IMG/VR virus record: IMGVR_UViG_3300021962_000141
Location: 1 to 54,113 of that record
Reading direction: 5' to 3' (one strand)
Length of the DNA: 54,113 bases
Source: a virus
Lineage: Duplodnaviria > Caudoviricetes
Shown here: positions 18,097-27,000 of the stretch, piece by piece
Numbering within the stretch: position 1 is the stretch's first letter
Layout of the letters: every line of letters begins with the position of its first letter
Translations under genes and position numbers: made by a program
Notes under the pieces: generated by a model
What the model saw: the letters and a program-made list of their open reading frames with translations, nothing else
The model's database searches: none
Told to the model about the DNA's origin: nothing

Positions 18097-18350
18097 AACT
18101 GACTATTACTAAAAGCAAAAACTTCATAGAAGACTGTCGTCGTTACGAAAAAGCGATCAAAGAAACCAAAGACACAGAACTTGATAGCCTTTATAGAAGA
18201 TTTGTGTCTCAGGCACGATCGATGGATGCTTCAACAGATTCTATCGCAAATCTTTCAAACACTTCTCAAGAAAGAAACAAATTAAAATCTTTAAGAATCG
18301 ACATCGAGAAGAAAATTATGTCGTTGAAAGAAAAGATTCAACAGTCTTAA
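18093..18350 (+). CDS. Hypothetical helical protein
   Basis: 85-aa ORF coupled by ATGA overlap to the previous gene. Confidence 0.65.
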   Translation: MKLTITKSKNFIEDCRRYEKAIKETKDTELDSLYRRFVSQARSMDASTDSIANLSNTSQERNKLKSLRIDIEKKIMSLKEKIQQS

Positions 18351-19206
18351 ACTGATAATCTCCTAGCATACTTAACAACCTTGTGTTGTCTGAGCAGGTG
18401 TATTTTTGATATTGATTTATTAGTTCTCTAGGAAAATCAATTTCTTCTATATCTGCTGAATATTTTTCAGCCACTGCTTCGGCTACCTGTCGGAATGAAA
18501 CAGCAGAACCAGTTCCTAGGTTAAAAATCCCATTAAAATTTAAATCAAAAGATTTTAATTTAACATCAACTACATCATCAACACAGATGAAATCTCTTTG
18601 GAAGTTTTCACTGCCTCTAAATACTTTGATTTTTCCTGTGGTCTCGGCTTGATGTCTAAATTTTGTCACAGGACTGGCCTGATCTTTTTTGTGATTTTCA
18701 TTGTTGCCATATACATTAAAATATCTCCACCCTTGTATTCGAGCACCCGGATAATCTAATAGTGTCGAATACACATACTGATCTATTCTCATTTTGCTAG
18801 AAGCATATAAAGATCTGGGCATCAGCGGTTGATTTTCTTGGAAAGTATTGCTATCTCCGTATACCGATGCTGAACTAGCATAGGATAAAAATAAATTATT
18901 CTGTACTGCTTGGTCAATTAACCAATAACTAGGTTGTAGATTATATTGATCAATCCTCAATGGGTCTTTTTCAGTAGTGGAAGATATCGCTCCTTCGTGG
19001 AAGATAGCTTCCACTTTTAACCAATGATTGAATCTACCATAAAAATCATCAGTTGACATTATATCAGTAAATGTTAAATTTTTTAAGTTAGATTCTTTAT
19101 CTTGATTAATGTCGTCTACTATTAAAATATCAGAGACATATCGACTGTTCAATCTTTTAACAATATTAGAGCCAATGAATCCCGCTCCACCAGTTACGAC
19201 TATCAT
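18316..19206 (-). CDS. hldD: ADP-L-glycero-D-manno-heptose 6-epimerase (HldD/RfaD-like SDR)
   Basis: VTGGAGFIGSN, FHEGAISSTTE, YASSASVYG, YxxSK, RYFNVYG.NE.HK, RDFICVDDV, YQKYT. Confidence 0.92.
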   Translation of the reverse strand: MIVVTGGAGFIGSNIVKRLNSRYVSDILIVDDINQDKESNLKNLTFTDIMSTDDFYGRFNHWLKVEAIFHEGAISSTTEKDPLRIDQYNLQPSYWLIDQAVQNNLFLSYASSASVYGDSNTFQENQPLMPRSLYASSKMRIDQYVYSTLLDYPGARIQGWRYFNVYGNNENHKKDQASPVTKFRHQAETTGKIKVFRGSENFQRDFICVDDVVDVKLKSFDLNFNGIFNLGTGSAVSFRQVAEAVAEKYSADIEEIDFPRELINQYQKYTCSDNTRLLSMLGDYQFKTVESFLSTT

Positions 19207-19511
19207 TTAAAAAAATGCTCCGGATGAACAGACTTATCATCGATCCATACATCATAGTGTGGTTTACGTAGTTGAAGACTAGTATACTTTGCTCCCCAGT
19301 CGTTCATCTGTTTATGCGTGATTTCAGTCCTATCGATCCCCGAACGTGACCCACGTGCTGTGTAGTAATGTATTTCGTGACCTTCATCGAATAGCTGATT
19401 GATTTTAGCTATTCTATCCATGTAAGGTTTTGTTTTAGCATAGTCTACATTACCGTTGCTGTCAAATTCCATAGAACAAATAGTACCATCGATGTCAACA
19501 ATAAAAATCAT
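19203..19511 (-). CDS. Small capless HAD-superfamily phosphatase
   Basis: DIDGT motif I, YTARG motif II, KP..D.WIDDK motifs III/IV. Confidence 0.85.
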   Translation of the reverse strand: MIFIVDIDGTICSMEFDSNGNVDYAKTKPYMDRIAKINQLFDEGHEIHYYTARGSRSGIDRTEITHKQMNDWGAKYTSLQLRKPHYDVWIDDKSVHPEHFFK

Positions 19512-19876
19512 TTTTGGCTGTCTCCTGGAGCTAGTCTAAAATTGTCTTCGACTGAATCTGCTGTGCTGACTTCAAATATCATGGCACCGTCAGTCATTGC
19601 TTCCAGCTGATGAGGTTGGAGTGGTGGATTGTGCCACGTATCGCCTTCATTTAATTCTTGTTCATAGATTTTAGCGTCTCGGGTGTCAATCCAACGTAGT
19701 TTAAATTTTCCAGAATTTACGAACCAAGTTTCATCTTTGGCTCTATGAAAGTGCATAGAAAATTTATTTCCTGCCTTTTCAAAAACTAGAATCTTGCCGC
19801 AGTAGTGATCATTGGTGGCCCAAATTATTTCAAAGCCCCAGCCCTTATCAACTTTACCTGTTAGTCTTTGTGTCAT
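19508..19876 (-). CDS. Cupin protein, mannose-6-phosphate isomerase type II C-terminal-like (start corrected from 19906)
   Basis: KGWG.E, SMHFHRAKDETWFV, PP.QPHQL, FEVST; ATG 19876 overlaps the upstream TGA. Confidence 0.85.
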   Translation of the reverse strand: MTQRLTGKVDKGWGFEIIWATNDHYCGKILVFEKAGNKFSMHFHRAKDETWFVNSGKFKLRWIDTRDAKIYEQELNEGDTWHNPPLQPHQLEAMTDGAMIFEVSTADSVEDNFRLAPGDSQK

Positions 19877-20622
19877 TTTATTTCCTCTAATCTTGGAGCA
19901 TAGCATCCTACATGCTGTACTGTTATACTCGCAGCTACGGTGGCAAACTCCATAGCTGATTTAATATTGTTAGTGTTTAGATATCCGTAGGCGAGGGCTG
20001 CTAAAAATGTATCTCCTGCTCCGGTAACGTCAACAACTTCAACGCTGGGGGCAGACGTAGAAAACTCATGAAATACTGCTCTAGCCCCTTTGCCTCCTCG
20101 GGTAACAATAAGTCCCGAGCATTCGCTTTTTATTTTACTATATTCTAGTTCATTGATTTTAACCCACGCACCTTGTAATCTTTCTAGATCCGTTTTTTTC
20201 GTGTCAACAAAAACAGGAATCCTTGTAGCTATTGCCTCTTCGATTATGTCGTAGGAAACAGTTCCTTTGTTATAGTCGCTGATAACGATAGCATCATAAA
20301 CTTTAGGTATCGCAGTTTCGAATTCAATCGGTGGCGATATTAGATCAGTATCTATCCTAACGATCTGTTGTTTGCTGCGAATGTCTACTAGTCTTGTTTT
20401 TGTAGAAGTTTCTCCGTGGAGATAATTTACTTCACAGTCTAAGGCTTCTAGATTACGGGCCACATTGCCTGCCATGCCCGGCTTGCGTTCTTCATACTCG
20501 AACTTAAACACCGGAACTGGTGCTTCTGGGCTGATGCGATCAACTGTACCATACTGGTACACATCAACACAGTCATCACCGATTAGCAATATTTTGTATG
20601 ATCTTGGTTGTTGAATAGTCAT
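19873..20622 (-). CDS. hldA: D-glycero-D-manno-heptose-7-phosphate kinase (RfaE domain I, PfkB family)
   Basis: GD..VD.Y..G.VDRISPEAPVPV, GMAGNVARNL, KTR, ISDYNKG, VDVTGAGDTF. Confidence 0.93.
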   Translation of the reverse strand: MTIQQPRSYKILLIGDDCVDVYQYGTVDRISPEAPVPVFKFEYEERKPGMAGNVARNLEALDCEVNYLHGETSTKTRLVDIRSKQQIVRIDTDLISPPIEFETAIPKVYDAIVISDYNKGTVSYDIIEEAIATRIPVFVDTKKTDLERLQGAWVKINELEYSKIKSECSGLIVTRGGKGARAVFHEFSTSAPSVEVVDVTGAGDTFLAALAYGYLNTNNIKSAMEFATVAASITVQHVGCYAPRLEEIK

Positions 20623-20968
20623 CTAATATATCAAAAAATACGATTTCGTCACAGACAATGTCACCAACTATGGGCTTGCCCATATAATCACTGCCTTTGA
20701 CCATAATGTCGCAGGCTGCGACTAGGTTAATAAGTTCTACATCATTATTGAAAACAACAACTTCGTCAACTGCTTTTAAATTTTCAAGCATAAATGCTCT
20801 ATGCTTTTGGTTGTTGATTGGACGCTGTGGTCCTTTTAGTTGTCGTACTCGTTCGTCTGAATCGATCCCGACCATGAGATGGCCACCTAAACTTTTAGCG
20901 TAATTTAAAAGTTCGACGTGACCGGGATGAAGAATATCGAAAGTTCCATTAACAAAAATCAGACTCAT
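20576..20968 (-). CDS. hldC: Heptose-1-phosphate adenylyltransferase (RfaE domain II)
   Basis: NGTFDILHPGH, VGIDSDERVRQLKG..RPIN....R, VKGSDY, YSTTKII. Confidence 0.92.
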   Translation of the reverse strand: MSLIFVNGTFDILHPGHVELLNYAKSLGGHLMVGIDSDERVRQLKGPQRPINNQKHRAFMLENLKAVDEVVVFNNDVELINLVAACDIMVKGSDYMGKPIVGDIVCDEIVFFDILDDYSTTKIIQNIANR

Positions 20969-20994
20969 GCTGTAATTATACAGTCACGAGTCTG
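20951..20994 (-). terminator. Terminator-like hairpin spanning the -10 box and hldC start codon
   Basis: CAGACTCGTG-A-CTGTA-TAAT-TACAG-CATGAGTCTG followed by ATTTTTGTT. Confidence 0.65.
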
Positions 20995-21002
20995 TTTGTC
21001 AA
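20975..21002 (-). promoter_or_regulatory. Consensus sigma70 promoter for the heptose operon, leaderless arrangement
   Basis: TTGACA(20997-21002)-N16-TATAAT(20975-20980)-N6-ATG; no SD. Confidence 0.85.
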
Positions 21003-21006
21003 CCTT

Positions 21007-24000
21007 TTAGGCTTGTGCTTCAGACCAACGTAAAATAACGTTGGCGTTAACAGCAGCCCCCGAAACCTTATAGATATTGACAGCTAAAACATCTGGGCCG
21101 TTTGGAAAGGTTCCGCGACCGCCCAGTGTAGTATTAGTCAATTCTTTGAGTTCTGAAAGATCCAATTGGTCTGAATTTCCTGGTAAGCTGATGAATGAGA
21201 ATACCTGTTCGCCTGGCAGGGCATATGGTGGTTGTCCAAACTTGAATGTTATCGTGCTGGCTCCTGCTACCACAGCATTCGATGTCTGGGTGAACGTTAC
21301 AGTATAGTAACCAGTACCACCGAATGTTCGTAGGGCACTAACCGATGCTACTCGAGTACCAGCAGCAAATTTAGCATCAGATACCTCCGTACCAGCACCT
21401 GCTGAATAGGTGCTAACGAGCGTTTCCCACGATGCTTGTGTAAAATAAACAAAGTTTGTAACTGCGGTATTTTGAGACAGTGACATTGTTATTGTATTAT
21501 TAGCATTGACTGCCGAAGCAGTAGTCCTACTCAAGAATAATGTGTAGTATGGAATTGTATCAAAGGTTATGTTCTCGGACCCAGAAAGTGTTCCAATACA
21601 GTTATTGCTAAACGTCACTGAATAATAGCCTACTGAATTAAAAGTCCGTAAACTGCTAATGCTTGTGATCGTAGTTCCGCCAGTAAATTTACCAGAATCG
21701 TTAGTTAGTGTTCCTACTACAGGAACATCAACGGGCAGTGCTGTCCAACTGGCTGCGGTAAAGAATAAATTATTTGTGGTCGTTCTCGCACCGCCAAATG
21801 CTGTGTTGATCGTCTGCGAACTTAGCGGAAGATCGGAACTCAACCCCTGGTCCATCGTCACAGTATAGTATCTGTTCGGTGAGGTTCCTTGTACAGCCGA
21901 TACTGCTGTTACTGTAGTACTTGCTGGAAATGCTGAGGTCACTGAGAACCCGGTAGCAGTTACAGGATTGGTCATGGCATTCCAACTAGCTTCTGTAATA
22001 TTCAACGAAGTTTGACCAGCGACGTAGGCAGTAGAAATCGTTCCGTTATTATTAAATCCAGTGGCTGTCGAGTTAAATTGAACAAAGTTATTACCAGAAC
22101 CTGTTACAAGATAAGTTCCATTGTATTGATTCGGCTGTACGCCAGATACTGTAATTCGTGAGTTAACTGGGAATGGCGCATATCCCGGGTTATTAAAGAA
22201 TAATGTAGCTGTAACTCCGTTCCCTTGGGCAAATGTAGTACTAAAGGATCTAAAGAATGTAGACATCGATCCGGTCTGAGAAGCCAGCGTAGTAGCGATA
22301 GGGCTTGGACTTGTAGCGACCGAGGACACAGTTGTTCCAGATTGGAATTTAGTATCTGTGGTCGAAATAGCGAATCCAGCAGCCGCACCAGATGCGTTCC
22401 AGCTGGTCTGTGTAGCGTACACAAAAGATGACCCCGACGACCTGTTAAATGCTGTCTTATTCGGTACTGTTACGTTGGCTGTAGTTGTATTCAGAGCAGT
22501 AGCTGTCGATGTTGGCTGTGCTACGCCACCGCCCCAGTTTACAGAACCGCCCGGGGCGATCTGTGCGAAGCTTGGCTGTCCACCAGAAGCAACGCCTGAT
22601 AGTCCGCTCCAGATAATATCACTGGGATTAGATGGGTAGTTTTGAGGATTCAATACACCTTCAACGATGATACCACCTGTGCCTGTATCAGATGTAACAG
22701 CGATTTCTTTCAATAACAATTGAGCTCTGTTTAACAATTCTCTCTCACCAAGGTCGCCCACTACGGCATTTGAAACACTAGGTGCCAAGCGGATCAAGAA
22801 AGCAGTTGATTTGGTTGTACTAACACTAATACCAGTAGACGCATAGTTAAAAATGTATCCACGATCAAAGTCAAATAGACCGTCTGTTAAGAACGCAGAA
22901 CCCCAGTGGCTAATTAATGGAGTCGTTGTGTTGTTTAGCAATATAACTCCGGTGCCTGTCGAGTGATCGGCGGCAGTTCCTGCGGTAAAGTTTCTAGTAG
23001 CACCTGCGATAAACAGATCTAATTGTGCCGATCTAGAGCAGCCTGTTAACTTGTTAAGGTCAGTGTCTAATCCAGTATAAGCGATCATCTCGTTGTCGAC
23101 GTAGATTATACCAGTATTCGGAAACCCTGCTACACTTTCTAAAAATACTTCAGTTCCAGTATTACTTAGATTAGAAACCAATCTGCTAGTAGCCCCATAG
23201 TTTGAAACTTCATAACGAACAGGAAGGTTACCAGTACGCATATACGCTTCAGTGTTAACGTTGCTATTTCTCATACGGTGGGCAAACACATAATTACCAT
23301 CGGATCCCCGTAGCATGAAATCAATAAAACCAGCACCGTACCAGCTGTATTGAATACCGATCATCTGCATCTTGACAATATCGAGATCGTAACCACTCGG
23401 TCCGGTTCCGTCTAATCGATCTTTATTGAAATCTGATTGTTTAACTCTTACCTCACTAATCAAACTCATCTTGGCATTAGATACATTGTTAACACCACGA
23501 TAATCGGGGTTAACAGTCATCGAAGTCTGACTATCAACATGTGTGACTATATGAGTCATTCCACGAATGGTCACTGAATCGCCTGCCTTTACTTGATCTC
23601 TGAATCGGCTGTTTAGACCTGTTATTCTATTAGAGCCTGCGTTAACTGAAATAGTGCCGGCTAATTGTCTAGTCGATGTTCTTTGAACAGCCCATAATGT
23701 TTGACCGTCATATTCCCAGAAAATACCGTTTTGATCGTCGAATACTCCAGCACGAACGACAGCACCTTTCCACCGTAGTGTAGAAACTTGGCAGCTAAAA
23801 CTCAGTGTAGGTTTTCTCGAACCAACACGCTTTGTGGCAATGATCCTAAATGTACGTTCAGTGACGATTTCGTCTACTTCATAGTCTCCATCATACCCGC
23901 CTGTTGTTACTCCGCTAAGACGTATCACAGCACCCCGTTGTAGACCGTGGTCGTTGTCACCTAAAGTAATTTCGATAGTAGCACCAACTTCGACGTCTGT

Positions 24001-27000
24001 GGCTAAAATAGTCAACACATCATAGCTAGGAGCAAATAACGCACCAGTTGTATACATGACACCTTTACCAGACTGATAACGAATATATTTTTTACTCTGA
24101 CGTATGGCCTGTACACCGTGTTGTGGGCCACCTGTACCTAGTTGTACACCGCCGTCAAATGGTCGATGTGTAAAGAAGCTGTCCGGTCTTGGATATATTA
24201 CACCAGTAATTGGTGCTCCAGTTATGATACCTGGGGATCTAGCTTGGAATGTGATAGTATTTCTGGTAGGAATCTGTGTAGCAGAGAATGATCCATTAGC
24301 CAACGCATGATTGTTTGATCCGTTGTCTGAACTCACTGTTACGATAAATGATCCCCCTGGAGGAATTCCGTGCGGCTCTTGGAAAATTATCTGTAGGGTT
24401 GCTAATGTTCCAAAACCCAATGACGTGCCGGATGCGATAGTGGCTGTGTTAAATTCACTGACAGTCACTGATGAATATAAATCAAGATCTATACCAGTTA
24501 CACCAGTTCCTGTTACTGTGGCCGCTGTGATAGCACCTGTTGACAGATTAACCGAAGTTACAGAAACGATAGCATCATTTGTGGTATTTGCTCCGCCTAG
24601 GTCGCTGCCTAGTATTCTAATCCTATTACCTGGCAAGTAGGCTGTACCGCCATCGGTAATAACAACATCGGTATATCCGCCAGCTGTTCTTGTTAGTGTA
24701 AATTCTCCGTTAATACCTGAACCGGGCACGATAACTACCGGAACATTATTAACAGTTATACGATCATCACCAGTACCTGCGGTGGTAATCTGAGAAATCA
24801 CGCCTGGAGCAGCATCATTGGCTAAAAGTCCGCTGACTAAGGATGCTGCGACAATTTCTCCCGAACCACCTACGTTATCAATTTGGATCTGTAGATCGTG
24901 TTCTGGATTGTTACCGCCTAGCTGTGTGCCGTATATGGTTACTATTTCACCTAAAGCATAACCGCTGCCGGCAAATGATACTACTAGGCTGGTGTAGGTA
25001 GCTCCTACTCTTGTTATATTAAATTGTGCTAGGCTACCAGATAATGTAGTAGAATTCTGTAGTAGTCCAGTAAATGCCTGTGTAGTCTGTGTGACTTCAA
25101 TCGTCACATCGTTGGCTGGAGTAGTATTAGCAGTAAACACAGTTCCTAAAATAAGGAATTCGGTGCCTTTAACATAGCCTGTTCCTGCAGCATTAATAAC
25201 AGAACTGAACCCTGTTCCTGATCTAGTTATGTCAAATGTCGCACTCGATCCAAGTGTACTATCTGGACTAGTTGCTGTGTAAGATGTATTGTCAACACCA
25301 TTAACTGTTTGATCTGGGGATGATAAAACGCTAGTTCCTGAGATAACATCAGCTGTTAAAATAGCACCGCTAGACACTGTAGCAACTGTTATTAGTAAAT
25401 CATTCGCTGGCGTTGTTCCACTAAGATCTGAACCTAGGATTCGTAACACATCGCCAACTTGATAATCCGATCCGCCGCTGTTTACAGCCACAGAAAGATA
25501 TCCGGCTGAACTACCAACTACGTTAAATGTCGCAGCAGATCCGATTGATACTTCGTTAGTTCCTTCGAGGCCCGTATATGTTGTTGTATTGCCGATGATG
25601 GCACCGCTGAATGGTCTAGTAAATGTTACATCGGTGCCTGCGATAGATTCCACAAAAGTTGCCGATCCTGTTTGATCATCTGCTCCTAAACCAATTACGA
25701 TTCCTGTGGTGCTGGCTACTGTTAATGTGGTTAGACCTAGTAGTGTTGGAGCATAATCACCTAACACCGTAGGTGTTATTACAATACCTCCAGCACCTAC
25801 GACAGCAGTGACTTGAGCACCAAAGCCGATGCCGACAGCAGTATTCATCGGAGATCCGACACTTGGAATAGTTCCGCTGGCTACTGCGAATCTCGCTGTT
25901 GCAGCAGGACTAGCATATTGTGTTACAAATGATCCCGAAGTACCGTTAGACAACAGGTTAATAGTTGGAAGTCCAATCGATGCCCCTGTATAGAATCCGC
26001 CTTTTCTAATCTGCGTATATGTTGTTAATAGAGATGTTCCTGAACTAGTGCCAACTCTTGATTTCGCATAAAAGGTAAAAGTACTGGTTGTAGGAGTTGT
26101 AACAATAACGAATGAACCTTCTGCTCTGCTAATACCAGAAATCGCTGTATTTAAACCAGCAACAGTAACCGGAGTTCCAACACTTAGACCGTGTGGAGCA
26201 GCCGTGGTCACTGTGATCGTGGAAGCACCTACACCGTTGTTTGGAAAAGAAGCGTCTGTAATGATCGCAGTAACCTGGAAATCAGATCCAGGGATTTCGT
26301 ATACCGACGGATATCCTCTAGCTATACCAATTGCCTGCCATTTAGTTGGTTGTAGTCCGTATTCAAAGTCAGCGTCAAGCATAGACTGGGGTGCTGCGAC
26401 TCTGTGACGTTCGATAGCATCTGTACCGAAGTCATAGGGTCTAACAGTCATCTCTGGAGATTCGTAGAATATCTGTAATTCATCTGTTTCGTCCATCGTT
26501 GATGTATCAGAGTTTAATCTTAGATGTATAACTCTATCAGTAGTCTGCTTGAATGATACAAAATCGTCGTCGCCATCAAATTCAGGAGTAATGCTACCGC
26601 CTGCTGTGTTGCTTGAAAAATTGTATATAACAACGTTTTTAGTAGTGTTAGTGATCAATAAAAGATCTTCTAATTTGATAGGACCTTGGAATTTAATCAA
26701 ACCATATCCAGCCGATGCTTTAGCCGGTAAACTGTCTTCACCGTCTTCTATTATATCAACTAGATTGTTTGAAAGTGTAGTAATAATTGTGCCAGCTTCA
26801 GAATCATAGGATTTAGTAGTATCTACGATCTGTTCTTCTACAGTTTGATAAGGCACGGTTCTTGGTGAAACTGCGGGTAACGAGCTAGGTCCAGTCTCTA
26901 AAAAGTTGATAAAGATATTTGTTAATTCGGTTATTCTAGCATATGAACCCGTTTCAGCAGATGGTGCTGTTTTAATTTGGGGATAGACTATCTGATATGA

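Noticed and set aside
18316-20968. Heptose operon as host chromosomal LPS DNA (chimeric contig or prophage edge)
   Set aside because: It overlaps a phage gene at one end, its promoter abuts the stop of a phage gene at the other, and the genes are compact, split-domain versions.
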